Part shown: one piece after another, positions 22,861 through 34,935 of the stretch
Position numbering within the stretch: the first letter of the stretch is position 1
Layout: every line of letters begins with the position of its first letter
Assembly: GCF_003334305.1 (NCBI RefSeq)
Contig: NZ_QOWS01000020.1
Direction: 5' to 3' (one strand)
DNA length: 64,000 nt
Origin: Escherichia coli
GTDB lineage: Bacteria > Pseudomonadota > Gammaproteobacteria > Enterobacterales > Enterobacteriaceae
Notes under the pieces: generated by a model
Databases searched by the model: none
What the model was told of the DNA's origin: nothing
What the model saw: only the letters and a program-made list of their open reading frames with translations
Translations under genes and position numbers: made by a program

Positions 22861-24891
22861 TCACTGTTGCCCAGCCCAGATGACCAGCACTTTATCGTCG
22901 CCATGCTCACGAACAAAGCCGTAGCCCTGCTTCAGCGAAAGTGTCGTTTGTTTGCCCGCGCCAATTGCGGGATGGCGGGCGCGGAACTGGCTGATTTTCT
23001 GCCAGTGCGCGACGTTGGCGGCAGATTTACCGCTAACATCCTGCCAGTTCATATCCGAACGTGTACCTTGCAGCGGATCAGAACCTGTAGGACCGAACGG
23101 ACGCGAGGATTCATCGCCATAAAAGATTTGTACCGCGCCTGGCGCTAATAGTAATAACTCTGCTGCTTTGTCGCCCCCTTCACGGAACAGACGGGTATCA
23201 TGCGACGAGAGGTAGCTCAACACGTTGAAACCCTGCAATTTCTCCGCCATTTGCTGCCAGGTCGTATCCATCTGCGCCAGACAATCGACTGCTTTCGCCG
23301 CCTGCTCCTGATAATCGAAATTGATCATCGCATCGAAGCCGTGGCGATAGTAGTCACTTTGCATCACGCCGTGGCCCCAGGCTTCACCGGTCATCCAGAA
23401 AGGTTTGTCATCTAATGCTTTGTCGGGGTAAGCTTTTTTCCATTCGCGAAGCGCGGCGCTGGCTTCGGTTTTCAGTTGCTGCCAGGCGGGCAACTCAACA
23501 TGTTTGGCGGTATCGACCCGAAAACCATCAATCCCATAGTCGCGGACCCACTGACTTAACCAGTGGGTTAAGTAATCGCGAGGTGTAAAGCCTTCGATGA
23601 CTTTAGCGTGAGTATCCGTTTTGTTTTTATAGAACACCGGCAGACCAGAAGCGGTAGTTGATTCGGTTTTGATATCCGGCAAAAAGGCCAGCGACATAGT
23701 GAGATCGTCGAATCCAGGATTGTCGTAATCGCCGATATCCGTTCTGATCCAGTTTTTTCCCCACCATTTATCCCAGCCTGTTTTGTCGCTGAAATTAATG
23801 TAATCGTTAAAGCTATGCCAGGTTTGCCCGGCGGCAGGTTTCCAGTCGCTCCAGCGTTCACCCAGCGTTTTTTTCACCTCGTCACCAGAAAGATATAACG
23901 CGCCAAACTGATACTCCTGCATATCCGCCAGCGTGGCATAGCCGGTGTGGTTCATCACGACATCAAAGAGAATACGAATACCGCGCTGATGTGCGCTATC
24001 AACCAGCGTCCGTAGATCGGCTTCGTTGCCCATATTGGCATCAAGATTCGTCCAGTCCTGTGTGTAATAACCGTGGTAGGCATAATGCGGGAAATCGCCT
24101 TTTGTACCGCCGCCGACCCAGCCGTGAATTTGCTCAAATGGGGCGCTTATCCATAAAGCATTAACGCCCAACTGCTGGAGGTAATCCAGTTTGTTGGTCA
24201 GGCCGCGTAAATCGCCGCCGTGAAAAGTGCCAATTTCCGCCATACCGTCTTTATGACGTCCGTAACTCTGGTCATTACTGGGATCGCCGTTTTCGAAACG
24301 ATCTGTCAGCACAAAGTAAACCGTGGCGTTATGCCAGTCGAAAGGGGCAGGGGCGTCAGTTTCTGCCCGTTCCAGCAGGAGTAAACCGTTGCTGGTAGCA
24401 GCGGGTTGTAACGTTATTTGACCGTTCTTCACTATCGCAATTTGCTGGCTGTAATAATCCCGTACGGCGGCTCCTTCCGGGAAAGTGGCGCTGACATCCA
24501 GCGTGAGCGGTAATCCATCCCATTTCGGGCATTCACGGACCAGGTTTGCTACCGGTTCGGCGGCGTTCTGGATGGAAATCATCAATGTTGGCGTACCGGA
24601 GCGGGTGTCTATTTGCAGCGTATATTTGCCGTCTCTGAACAATCGCCATTGAGGCGGCGTGTTGCTACAAGGTTGCAGGGAAAGCATCTGATTGAGTTTT
24701 ATCGCATCTGCAGGCTGCCAGCACTGTTGGTCAAAATTTAGCGTGAGTGGACGCGTACCTTTGGGCAACTGCGCGTGGCTGACAAATGTTCCCGTTCCCT
24801 GTTCGCTAAAGGCAGGGAACCCCGGAGAAGTCCAGCTGGCGGCAACGGCGAAGCCAGGAAGGAGTGTCAGAAAACAGGCGGCGAGTTTCAT
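22861..24891 (-). CDS. malS: periplasmic alpha-amylase
   Basis: 676 aa with signal peptide; GH13 catalytic motifs (GFRVDTAKH). Confidence 0.9.
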   Translation of the reverse strand: MKLAACFLTLLPGFAVAASWTSPGFPAFSEQGTGTFVSHAQLPKGTRPLTLNFDQQCWQPADAIKLNQMLSLQPCSNTPPQWRLFRDGKYTLQIDTRSGTPTLMISIQNAAEPVANLVRECPKWDGLPLTLDVSATFPEGAAVRDYYSQQIAIVKNGQITLQPAATSNGLLLLERAETDAPAPFDWHNATVYFVLTDRFENGDPSNDQSYGRHKDGMAEIGTFHGGDLRGLTNKLDYLQQLGVNALWISAPFEQIHGWVGGGTKGDFPHYAYHGYYTQDWTNLDANMGNEADLRTLVDSAHQRGIRILFDVVMNHTGYATLADMQEYQFGALYLSGDEVKKTLGERWSDWKPAAGQTWHSFNDYINFSDKTGWDKWWGKNWIRTDIGDYDNPGFDDLTMSLAFLPDIKTESTTASGLPVFYKNKTDTHAKVIEGFTPRDYLTHWLSQWVRDYGIDGFRVDTAKHVELPAWQQLKTEASAALREWKKAYPDKALDDKPFWMTGEAWGHGVMQSDYYRHGFDAMINFDYQEQAAKAVDCLAQMDTTWQQMAEKLQGFNVLSYLSSHDTRLFREGGDKAAELLLLAPGAVQIFYGDESSRPFGPTGSDPLQGTRSDMNWQDVSGKSAANVAHWQKISQFRARHPAIGAGKQTTLSLKQGYGFVREHGDDKVLVIWAGQQ

Positions 24892-25210
24892 GGTGGATGA
24901 GTCCTTATTGCTGCGATTTCAGACAGTTTGCCAGCGATAAGCCAGACAAAACTCATCCCTGAGCGGTAAGTCCACAGGATGAGAAGCAAGGGTGAGCGAT
25001 CTCGCGCAAAAAACGGCTGAATTTTGCGATAAACCCCACATTTTCTGCGATTTAGCGCCAATCTGAATCGTTAACACGTGACATAGTTTCAGATTTGGAC
25101 TATTCCTTGGGGTGCTCTTGACAGCTATTTTTGATATGATTTGAGATTCAACTCTCAAATTTGTGAAAAATATAAGGTGTTGGAATGATTAAATCCGACC
25201 AGGAGACCTG

Positions 25211-26035
25211 ATGATTTTGACTCCCATACGACGATATGGGGCGATGATTCTTATGTTACTCACTCTGGTGTTTTCGAGTGAGGTGTTAGCGAAGACGCAC
25301 ACAACAACAGCGAGTCAAAAGTCCCACTTAACTAAAGCTAGTAATAAACAGGTAAGCAGTAAACAAGAGTATTCTCGCAATAGTGCAAAGAGTAGTTCAC
25401 TTCCTGATTTGCGAAAATACCCTTCCGGAACACCAAGGAAAAAGGCGTTTCTCCGGACCGTAATGCCTTACATTACCAGCCAAAATGCAGCCATTACTGC
25501 AGAACGTAACTGGCTGATTTCAAAACAGTATCAGGGCCAATGGTCACCTGCTGAGCGTGCGCGTCTGAAAGACATCGCCAAACGCTACAAGGTGAAATGG
25601 TCTGGTAATACGCGAAAAATCCCGTGGAATACCTTGCTTGAACGCGTAGACATTATCCCTACCAGTATGGTGGCGACGATGGCTGCAGCAGAAAGCGGTT
25701 GGGGAACGTCGAAGCTGGCGCGCAACAATAACAATCTGTTCGGCATGAAATGCATGAAAGGACGTTGTACCAATGCGCCGGGTAAAGTGAAAGGGTACTC
25801 ACAGTTTAGTTCTGTCAAAGAATCGGTGAGCGCCTATGTCACTAACCTGAATACGCACCCGGCTTACTCTTCGTTCCGTAAATCGCGTGCGCAGCTGCGT
25901 AAAGCGGATCAGGAAGTGACTGCCACAGCGATGATTCACAAGCTGAAGGGCTACTCGACCAAAGGGAAGAGTTATAATAACTACCTGTTCGCAATGTACC
26001 AGGATAACCAACGGTTAATCGCGGCGCATATGTAA
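25211..26035 (+). CDS. bax: Bax protein (glucosaminidase-domain)
   Basis: 274 aa; SD aggag 8 nt upstream of ATG 25211. Confidence 0.8.
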   Translation: MILTPIRRYGAMILMLLTLVFSSEVLAKTHTTTASQKSHLTKASNKQVSSKQEYSRNSAKSSSLPDLRKYPSGTPRKKAFLRTVMPYITSQNAAITAERNWLISKQYQGQWSPAERARLKDIAKRYKVKWSGNTRKIPWNTLLERVDIIPTSMVATMAAAESGWGTSKLARNNNNLFGMKCMKGRCTNAPGKVKGYSQFSSVKESVSAYVTNLNTHPAYSSFRKSRAQLRKADQEVTATAMIHKLKGYSTKGKSYNNYLFAMYQDNQRLIAAHM

Positions 26036-26049
26036 TTGCATTTCCTTGA

Positions 26050-26084
26050 GCCTTATCTGATTTGTCGGTCGGATAAGGCTTTTG
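26050..26084 (+). terminator. hairpin plus T-tract downstream of bax
   Basis: GCCTTATC...GATAAGGCtttt read directly. Confidence 0.5.
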
Positions 26085-26142
26085 CTCGCATCAGGTGGCT
26101 GTGCTGAGTTCCCTGATGTGACGCCGACAATTCTCATCATCG

Positions 26143-27321
26143 CTACAACATGACCTCGCTATTTACATCGCGATACTCTTTTGGCGTTGTGTCATATGCT
26201 TTTTTAAAAACAGAGTAGAAATATTGCAGCGATGGATAACCGCACATTTGCGATATCTCATTGATCGACAAGGTGGTTGAAATCAGCAGACTGCGCGCTT
26301 TCTCCAGCTTCTCGGCATGAATCATGGCATGGATGGTTTCACCCACCTCTTCTTTAAAACGCTTCTCAAGATTGGAGCGCGAGATCCCGACCGCATCCAG
26401 TACCTGATCCACTTTAATCCCTTTACAGGCGTGATTACGAATGTAATGCATGGCCTGAATAACGGCGGGATCGGTCAGCGAGCGATAATCTGTTGAGCGC
26501 CGTTCAATGACGCGAACTGGTGGGACCAAAATTCGCTGTAGCGGCATTTCTTCTTTATCTAATAATCGATGCAACAGTTTTGCCGCCTGATAGCCCATTT
26601 GCCGCGCGCCCTGAGCGACCGAAGAAAGGGCGACACGCGACAGATAGCGGGTCAGTTCTTCGTTATCGATGCCAATCACGCATAATTTTTCCGGTACGGG
26701 AATATGTAGATGTTCACATACTTGCAGAATATGCCGCGCTCGGGCGTCAGTAACGGCAATAATCCCGGTTTGCGGTGGCAGCGTTTGTAGCCAGTCTGCC
26801 AGCCGATTTTGCGCGTGTTGCCAGTTCTCTGGCGCGGTTTCTAACCCCTGATAAACCACTCCGCGATACTTTTCTTCAGCGACAAGCTGACGAAATGCAT
26901 ATTCGCGCTCAGTGGCCCAACGTTTGCCGCTTGATTCCGGAAGACCATAAAAAGCAAAGCGGTTAACGCCTTTCTCTTTTAAATGCAAAAATGCGCTTTC
27001 AACCAGCGCATAGTTATCGGTGGCAATGTAATGAACGGGTGGGTAACTTTCTGCAAGGTGATACGAGCCGCCAACCCCAACAATGGGGACGTCGACATCA
27101 GCCAGCGCTTGCTCGATCTGTTTGTCGTCGAAGTCGGCAATGACGCCATCTCCTAACCAGTCCTTGATTTTATCAATGCGGGCGCGGAAATCTTCTTCAA
27201 TGAAAATATCCCATTCCGATTGTGACGCCTGTAAATATTCCCCTACGCCTTCTACTACCTGCCGGTCATAGGCTTTATTGGCATTGAACAGTAATGTGAT
27301 GCGGTGACGTTTAGTAAACAT
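26143..27321 (-). CDS. xylR: xylose operon transcriptional activator (AraC family, periplasmic-binding-protein-like sensor domain)
   Basis: 392 aa; C-terminal AraC HTH. Confidence 0.9.
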   Translation of the reverse strand: MFTKRHRITLLFNANKAYDRQVVEGVGEYLQASQSEWDIFIEEDFRARIDKIKDWLGDGVIADFDDKQIEQALADVDVPIVGVGGSYHLAESYPPVHYIATDNYALVESAFLHLKEKGVNRFAFYGLPESSGKRWATEREYAFRQLVAEEKYRGVVYQGLETAPENWQHAQNRLADWLQTLPPQTGIIAVTDARARHILQVCEHLHIPVPEKLCVIGIDNEELTRYLSRVALSSVAQGARQMGYQAAKLLHRLLDKEEMPLQRILVPPVRVIERRSTDYRSLTDPAVIQAMHYIRNHACKGIKVDQVLDAVGISRSNLEKRFKEEVGETIHAMIHAEKLEKARSLLISTTLSINEISQMCGYPSLQYFYSVFKKAYDTTPKEYRDVNSEVML

Positions 27322-27398
27322 GGTTCTTTTCCTGCTGAATCATGCAAAAACTCAAAACCGGTAATACGTAACCGGCTTTGAGAAAATTTTTATCAAAA

Positions 27399-28580
27399 TC
27401 AAGAACGGCGTTTGGTTGCGGAGTCCATCCATACTGCCAGCAACAGAATCGCACCTTTAACGATATACTGCCAGAAGGTCGGTACATCCATCATACTCAT
27501 GCCGTTATCCAGTGAAGCCATGATAAATGCCCCCATTACTGCTCCGGCAACGCTTCCCACTCCGCCAGCCAGGCTGGTGCCGCCAATCACGCATGCTGCA
27601 ATTGCGTCCAGTTCGGCGATATTTCCCGCAGAAGGTGAACCAGCGCCAAGTCGAGAACTAAGGATTAATCCGGCGATGGCTACCATTAATCCGTTAATCG
27701 CGAACACGGCAAGTTTGGTGCGTTCAACGTTAATCCCGGAGAGACGTGCTGCTTCCAGATTGCCGCCGATGGCATAAATGCGTCGTCCAAATGCCGTCCG
27801 CGTTGCCATAAACATTCCGCCGAGTAACAGCAACGTCAGCAGCAGAACAGGAGTGGGAACGCCACGGTAATCATTCAACAGCCAGATTGCGCCTAATACG
27901 ATGATAGCGGTTAAAGCCTGGCGACCGACTACTGCGGTAGAGGCCGGAGACTGCAAACCCAAAGCCTGACGGCGCATTCTTCCGCGCCATTGCCAACCAA
28001 CAAAAGCCATTAAGCCAAGCGCGCCAATGATGAAGCCAGTGCTGGCAGGTAGATAGCTTTGCCCAATTTGTGACATCGCGGCGCTGGTGGGGGAAACAGT
28101 CGTGCCGTTGGTGATGCCAATGAGTATGCCGCGAAATGCCAACATGCCCGCGAGGGTGACAATAAATGAAGGGACTTTGCGGTACGCGACCCACCATCCG
28201 TTCCAGGCACCGAGAAGCAGTCCCAGAACCAACGTCACAATGATGGTAAGTGGCAAAGGCCAGCCTAACCAGACGTCACAAATCGCCGCGACGCCACCTA
28301 ATAGCCCCATCATTGAGCCGACGGAAAGGTCGATTTCAGCAGAAATTATGACGAACACCATTCCTACCGCGAGGATGCCGGTAATCGCGGTCTGGCGTAA
28401 CAGGTTGGAGACGTTACGGGCGCTTAAGTAGGCACCATCGGTGGTCCAGGTAAAGAACAGCATGATTGCGATGATAGCTGCAATCATCACGAAGACCTGC
28501 AAATTCAGTGATTTCAGCCCGGAAAAGCCACCGGATGTCGGTACGGCCAATTTCACTTCAGACGGATTGCTTTTCGACAT
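27399..28580 (-). CDS. xylH: D-xylose ABC transporter permease
   Basis: 393 aa polytopic membrane protein. Confidence 0.9.
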
Positions 28581-30099
28581 GATGTTCGCTCCTCAATGCG
28601 GCTTCCATCACCTGCTCCTGAGTCAGGTTATGATTTATCAGGTTGGCTTTTAGTTTCCCTTCATGCATCACCAGTACCCGATCGCTAAGGCCGAGCACTT
28701 CAGGTAATTCGGAAGAGATGACAATAACGGCAATACCCTGCTGGACGAGTTGGTTAATTAATTTGTAGATCTCGTATTTCGCGCCAATATCGATACCCCT
28801 GGTAGGTTCATCAAGAATGAGGATGCGCGGGTTAAGTAACAGACAGCGAGCGAGGATCGCTTTTTGCTGATTGCCGCCGCTCAAACGTCCAATAGCAAGG
28901 TCGGGGGACGACGTTTTAACTTTGAGTTGCTGAATTGATTCCAGAATACATTTTTGCTCTGCCGCGTCATCAAGCTGGCTAATGCCACCGGTAAATTTAT
29001 TGAGTGCGGCGAGGGTAATATTTTTACCAACCGCCATTACCGGAACGATGCCGTCGCGCTTTCTGTCTTCGGGTACCATCGCAATCCCCTGGGCGATGGC
29101 TTGCTGACAGTTACGAATATCTACCTGTTTGCCATCAATATAAATTTTTCCTTCCCATTGTCCGGGCCACACGCCAAACAGGCACTGAATGGTCTCGGTA
29201 CGTCCGGCACCAACGAGTCCGGCAATACCCAGTATTTCGCCACGTTTCAGGGAAAACGAGACATCATTAACTCGTTTAATATGACGATTGACCGGATGCC
29301 ATGCCGTCAGATGTTCAATACGTAATATTTCATCTCCGGTGGTATGTGGTTCATTAGGGTAAAGCGCGGTTAACTCTCGCCCGACCATCATGGTGATAAT
29401 ATCGTCTTCACTCATTCCGGCAGCATCACGCGTACCAATGTGCTGTCCGTCGCGAATAACGCAAATCGTATCGGAAATCGCTTTGACTTCGTTGAGTTTG
29501 TGCGAAATATAAATACAGGCGATACCGTGCTGTTGTAGATCGCGAATAATATCCAGTAAAACCGACGTTTCCTGCTCAGTTAATGAGGCTGTCGGTTCAT
29601 CGAGAATTAACAAGCGCACCTGTTTATTAAGTGCCTTGGCAATTTCAACCAGTTGTTGTTGCCCAAGCCCTAAATCGCCAACGCGGGTATCAGGTGAAAT
29701 GGATAAACTGACCTGTGCGAGCAGCTTCTGACAGCGTAGCGTCATCAGGTCATAATCCATAATGCCATTGTGGGTTATTTCGTTACCCAGGAAGATATTT
29801 TCCAGCACGGTCAATTCTTTCACCAGGGCCAATTCCTGGTGAATGATGGCGATACCTTTGCGTTCGGTATCGCGGATGTGACTCGCCTGAATCTCTTCTC
29901 CCGCAAAAATAATTTCGCCTTCGTAGGAGCCATGGGGATAAATACCACACAGCACTTTCATCAGTGTTGATTTACCAGACCCATTTTCCCCACAAAGTGA
30001 GACGATTTCGCCAGCATTCAACCGCAAGCAGACGTTATCAATCGCCTTCACACTGCCGAAGGTTTTGGTAATATTCTTCATTTCAAGTAGATAAGGCAT
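28558..30099 (-). CDS. xylG: D-xylose ABC transporter ATP-binding protein (duplicated ABC domain)
   Basis: 513 aa; two Walker A motifs ([18 protein letters not shown]); overlaps xylH by 23 nt. Confidence 0.9.
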
Positions 30100-30176
30100 A
30101 ACGACTCCACCTAAGCCAATTCATTCACGCGGCATGGAGAGAAATCACGCCCCCGCTCCGCGCCGGGGCGTAACGC

Positions 30177-31169
30177 TTACAGCTCGCTCTCTTTGTGGAA
30201 TCCGTCTTTAACTACCGTGTCTTTGATGTTGTTTTTATTCACATCGATCGGTGTCAGGAGGCGGGAGGGCACATCTTTCAGGCCATTATTCAGTGTGGTA
30301 TCTGCTTTTGGTTCCTGACCATTGCCCAACTCAACGGCAATTTCTGCGGCAGTATTTGCCAACAACGTAATAGGTTTATACACCGTCATAGTTTGCGTAC
30401 CGGCAGCAATACGTTTAATACCTGCGAGATCCGCATCCTGGCCGGAAATTGCTACTTTCCCTGATAAACCTTGCGCGCTTAATGCCTGAATTGCCCCACC
30501 TGCGGTGGCATCGTTTGAGGCAACTACAGCATCAATTTTGTTATTATTGGCGGTTAGCGCGTTTTCCATAATTTTCAATGCGTTTTCCGGTAACCAGCCA
30601 TCAACCCATTGGTCACCAACGACTTTAATTTTTCCGGAATCAACGTAAGGTTTTAACACTTTCATTTGTCCGGCGCGGAACAGCTTGGCGTTGTTATCTA
30701 CCGGCGAGCCGCCCATCAGGAAGTAATTACCTTGCGGAACAATATCGACCAGGGCTTTTGCCTGCAGTTCACCGACTTTTTCGTTATCGAAAGAAATATA
30801 AAAATCGATATCCGCATCGTTAATCATACGATCGTAAGCTAATACTTTAATACCTTCTTGTTTGGCTTCTTTTACAACGTTACTTAATACCTGACCGTTA
30901 TACGGAATAATGACAAGAACATCGACACCCCGGTTTATCATGTTTTCAATCTGCGACATTTGTGTTTCTTCATTGCCATTTGCAGACTGTACAAATACTT
31001 TCGCGCCGAGAGATTCTGCCTTTTTCACAAAAATATCTCGATCTTTTTGCCAGCGTTCAAGACGGAGATCATCAATCGCCATACCTATTTTGACTTCTTT
31101 GGCGTGTGCCGCAACGTTGGTAAGCAGAAGTGAGGTGCAAAGGGTGAGTAGAATGTTCTTTATTTTCAT
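30177..31169 (-). CDS. xylF: D-xylose ABC transporter periplasmic binding protein
   Basis: ORF track extends to 31247; trimmed to ATG 31169 (MKIKNILLTLCTSLLLTNVAAHA signal peptide); 330 aa. Confidence 0.9.
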   Translation of the reverse strand: MKIKNILLTLCTSLLLTNVAAHAKEVKIGMAIDDLRLERWQKDRDIFVKKAESLGAKVFVQSANGNEETQMSQIENMINRGVDVLVIIPYNGQVLSNVVKEAKQEGIKVLAYDRMINDADIDFYISFDNEKVGELQAKALVDIVPQGNYFLMGGSPVDNNAKLFRAGQMKVLKPYVDSGKIKVVGDQWVDGWLPENALKIMENALTANNNKIDAVVASNDATAGGAIQALSAQGLSGKVAISGQDADLAGIKRIAAGTQTMTVYKPITLLANTAAEIAVELGNGQEPKADTTLNNGLKDVPSRLLTPIDVNKNNIKDTVVKDGFHKESEL

Positions 31170-31534
31170 GGTGTAGGGCCTTCTGTAGTTAGAGGACAGC
31201 TTTAATAAGTAACAATCACCGCGATAAACGTAACCAATTTTTAGCAACTAAACAGGGGAAAACAATTACAGATTTTTATCTTTCGATTACGATTTTTGGT
31301 TTATTTCTTGATTTATGACCGAGATCTTACTTTTGTTGCGCAATTGTACTTATTGCATTTTTCTCTTCGAGGAATTACCCAGTTTCATCATTCCATTTTA
31401 TTTTGCGAGCGAGCGCACACTTGTGAATTATCTCAATAGCAGTGTGAAATAACATAATTGAGCAACTGAAAGGGAGTGCCCAATATTACGACATCATCCA
31501 TCACCCGCGGCATTACCTGATTATGGAGTTCAAT
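31170..31534. promoter_or_regulatory. divergent xylF / xylA control region; TGTGA-containing candidate CRP site(s) (cacttgtgaattatctcaatagcagtgtgaaata) and presumptive XylR operators
   Basis: Position between divergent xylF and xylA starts; TGTGA motifs read directly; exact operator limits not determined. Confidence 0.5.
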
Positions 31535-32857
31535 ATGCAAGCCTATTTTGACCAGCTCGATCGCGTTCGTTATGAAGGCTCAAAATCCTCAAACCCGTTA
31601 GCATTCCGTCACTACAATCCCGACGAACTGGTGTTGGGCAAGCGTATGGAAGAGCACTTGCGTTTTGCCGCCTGCTACTGGCACACATTCTGCTGGAACG
31701 GGGCGGACATGTTTGGTGTGGGGGCGTTTAATCGTCCGTGGCAGCAGCCTGGTGAGGCACTGGCGTTGGCGAAGCGTAAAGCAGATGTCGCATTTGAGTT
31801 TTTCCACAAGTTACATGTGCCATTTTATTGCTTCCACGATGTGGATGTTTCCCCTGAGGGCGCGTCGTTAAAAGAGTACATCAATAATTTTGCGCAAATG
31901 GTTGATGTCCTGGCAGGCAAGCAAGAAGAGAGCGGCGTGAAGCTGCTGTGGGGAACCGCTAACTGCTTTACAAACCCTCGCTATGGCGCGGGTGCGGCGA
32001 CGAACCCAGATCCTGAAGTCTTCAGTTGGGCGGCAACGCAAGTTGTTACAGCGATGGAAGCAACCCATAAATTGGGCGGTGAAAACTATGTCCTGTGGGG
32101 CGGTCGTGAAGGTTACGAAACGCTGTTAAATACCGACTTGCGTCAGGAGCGTGAACAGCTGGGCCGCTTTATGCAGATGGTGGTTGAGCATAAACATAAA
32201 ATCGGTTTCCAGGGCACGTTGCTTATCGAACCGAAACCGCAAGAACCGACCAAACATCAATATGATTACGATGCCGCGACGGTCTATGGCTTCCTGAAAC
32301 AGTTTGGTCTGGAAAAAGAGATTAAACTGAACATTGAAGCTAACCACGCGACGCTGGCAGGTCACTCTTTCCATCATGAAATTGCCACCGCCATTGCGCT
32401 TGGCCTGTTCGGTTCTGTCGACGCCAACCGTGGCGATGCGCAACTGGGCTGGGACACCGACCAGTTCCCGAACAGTGTGGAAGAGAATGCGCTGGTGATG
32501 TATGAAATTCTCAAAGCAGGCGGTTTCACCACCGGTGGTCTGAACTTCGATGCCAAAGTACGTCGTCAAAGTACTGATAAATATGATCTGTTTTACGGTC
32601 ATATCGGCGCGATGGATACGATGGCACTGGCGCTGAAAATTGCAGCGCGCATGATTGAAGATGGCGAGCTGGATAAACGCATCGCGCAGCGTTATTCCGG
32701 CTGGAATAGCGAATTGGGCCAGCAAATCCTGAAAGGCCAAATGTCACTGGCAGATTTAGCCAAATATGCTCAGGAACATAATTTGTCTCCGGTGCATCAG
32801 AGTGGTCGCCAGGAGCAACTGGAAAATCTGGTAAATCATTATCTGTTCGACAAATAA
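31535..32857 (+). CDS. xylA: xylose isomerase
   Basis: Start at ATG 31535 ([16 protein letters not shown]); 440 aa. Confidence 0.9.
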
Positions 32858-32928
32858 CGGCTAACTGTGCAGTCCGTTGGCCCGGTTATCGGTAGCGATA
32901 CCGGGCATTTTTTTAAGGAACGATCGAT

Positions 32929-34383
32929 ATGTATATCGGGATAGATCTTGGCACCTCGGGCGTAAAAGTTATTTTGCTCAACGAGCAGGGTGAGGTGGTT
33001 GCTTCGCAAACGGAAAAGCTGACCGTTTCGCGCCCGCATCCACTCTGGTCGGAACAAGACCCGGAACAGTGGTGGCAGGCAACTGATCGCGCAATGAAAG
33101 CTCTGGGCGATCAGCATTCTCTGCAGGACGTTAAAGCATTGGGTATTGCCGGCCAGATGCATGGAGCAACCTTACTGGATGCTCAACAACGGGTATTGCG
33201 CCCTGCCATTTTGTGGAACGACGGGCGCTGTGCGCAAGAGTGCACTTTGCTGGAAGCGAGAGTTCCGCAATCACGAGTGATTACCGGCAACCTGATGATG
33301 CCCGGATTTACTGCGCCTAAATTGCTATGGGTTCAGCGGCATGAGCCGGAGATATTCCGTCAAATCGACAAAGTATTATTACCGAAAGATTACTTGCGTC
33401 TGCGTATGACGGGGGAGTTTGCCAGCGATATGTCTGACGCAGCTGGCACCATGTGGCTGGATGTCGCAAAGCGTGACTGGAGTGACGTCATGCTGCAGGC
33501 TTGCGACTTATCTCGTGACCAGATGCCCGCATTATATGAAGGCAGCGAAATTACTGGTGCTTTGTTACCTGAAGTTGCGAAAGCGTGGGGTATGGCGACG
33601 GTGCCAGTTGTCGCAGGCGGTGGCGACAATGCAGCTGGTGCAGTTGGTGTGGGAATGGTTGATGCTAATCAGGCAATGTTATCGCTGGGGACGTCGGGGG
33701 TCTATTTTGCTGTCAGCGAAGGGTTCTTAAGCAAGCCAGAAAGCGCTGTACACAGCTTTTGCCATGCGCTACCGCAGCGTTGGCATTTAATGTCTGTAAT
33801 GCTGAGTGCAGCATCGTGTCTGGATTGGGTCGCGAAATTAACCGGCCTGTGCAATGTCCCAGCTTTAATCGCTGCAGCTCAACAGGCTGATGAAAGTGCC
33901 GAGCCAGTTTGGTTTCTGCCTTATCTTTCCGGCGAGCGTACACCACACAATAATCCCCAGGCGAAGGGGGTTTTCTTTGGTTTGACTCATCAACATGGCC
34001 CCAATGAACTGGCGCGAGCAGTGCTGGAAGGCGTGGGTTATGCGCTGGCAGATGGCATGGATGTCGTGCATGCCTGCGGCATTAAACCGCAAAGTGTTAC
34101 GTTGATTGGTGGCGGGGCGCGTAGTGAGTACTGGCGTCAGATGCTGGCGGATATCAGCGGTCAGCAGCTCGATTACCGTACGGGGGGGGATGTGGGGCCA
34201 GCACTGGGCGCAGCAAGGCTGGCGCAGATTGCGGCGAATCCAGAGAAATCGCTCATTGAGTTGTTGCCGCAGCTACCGTTAGAACAGTCGCATCTACCAG
34301 ATGCGCAGCGTTATGCCGCTTATCAGCCACGACGTGAAACGTTCCGTCGCCTCTATCAGCAACTTCTGCCATTAATGGCGTAA
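32929..34383 (+). CDS. xylB: xylulokinase
   Basis: 484 aa FGGY kinase (MYIGIDLGTSGVK). Confidence 0.9.
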   Translation: MYIGIDLGTSGVKVILLNEQGEVVASQTEKLTVSRPHPLWSEQDPEQWWQATDRAMKALGDQHSLQDVKALGIAGQMHGATLLDAQQRVLRPAILWNDGRCAQECTLLEARVPQSRVITGNLMMPGFTAPKLLWVQRHEPEIFRQIDKVLLPKDYLRLRMTGEFASDMSDAAGTMWLDVAKRDWSDVMLQACDLSRDQMPALYEGSEITGALLPEVAKAWGMATVPVVAGGGDNAAGAVGVGMVDANQAMLSLGTSGVYFAVSEGFLSKPESAVHSFCHALPQRWHLMSVMLSAASCLDWVAKLTGLCNVPALIAAAQQADESAEPVWFLPYLSGERTPHNNPQAKGVFFGLTHQHGPNELARAVLEGVGYALADGMDVVHACGIKPQSVTLIGGGARSEYWRQMLADISGQQLDYRTGGDVGPALGAARLAQIAANPEKSLIELLPQLPLEQSHLPDAQRYAAYQPRRETFRRLYQQLLPLMA

Positions 34384-34551
34384 ACGTTATCCCCTGCCTG
34401 ACCGGGTGGGGGATAATTCACATCTATATATCTCACTAATTAATTAATATTTAGTATGAATTTATTCTGAAAATCATTTGTTAATGGCATTTTTCAGTTT
34501 TGTCTTTCGTTGGTTACTCGTAATGTATCGCTGGTAGATATGGAGATCGTT

Positions 34552-34893
34552 ATGAAAACCTCAAAAACTGTGGCAAAACTATTATTTGTTGTCGGGGCGC
34601 TGGTTTATCTGGTTGGGCTATGGATCTCATGCCCATTGCTAAGTGGAAAAGGCTATTTTCTTGGCGTGTTAATGACAGCAACTTTTGGTAACTATGCATA
34701 TCTTCGCGCAGAAAAACTCGGGCAACTGGATAATTTTTTTACCCATATCTGCCAGTTAGTTGCGTTAATCACTATCGGTCTCTTGTTTATCGGTGTTTTA
34801 AATGCACCTATCAATGCTTATGAAATGGTGATCTACCCCATCGCCTTTTTTGTCTGCTTGTTTGGTCAAATGCGTTTGTTTCGCTCGGTATGA
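34552..34893 (+). CDS. yiaB: inner membrane protein, YiaA/YiaB family
   Basis: 113 aa from ATG 34552 (MKTSKTVAKLL); GLW...KGYF motif. Confidence 0.7.
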   Translation: MKTSKTVAKLLFVVGALVYLVGLWISCPLLSGKGYFLGVLMTATFGNYAYLRAEKLGQLDNFFTHICQLVALITIGLLFIGVLNAPINAYEMVIYPIAFFVCLFGQMRLFRSV

Positions 34894-34935
34894 GCAACAT
34901 AAAGCTCTTACACATTCAGGAATGAAAGGAATACT

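Noticed and set aside
24892-25210. GGATGA motifs upstream of malS as MalT boxes
   Set aside because: Motifs are present but their orientation and spacing relative to the malS start could not be confirmed from sequence alone, so no site is called.
32126-32740. 204-aa minus-strand ORF inside xylA
   Set aside because: Antisense shadow ORF of xylA.
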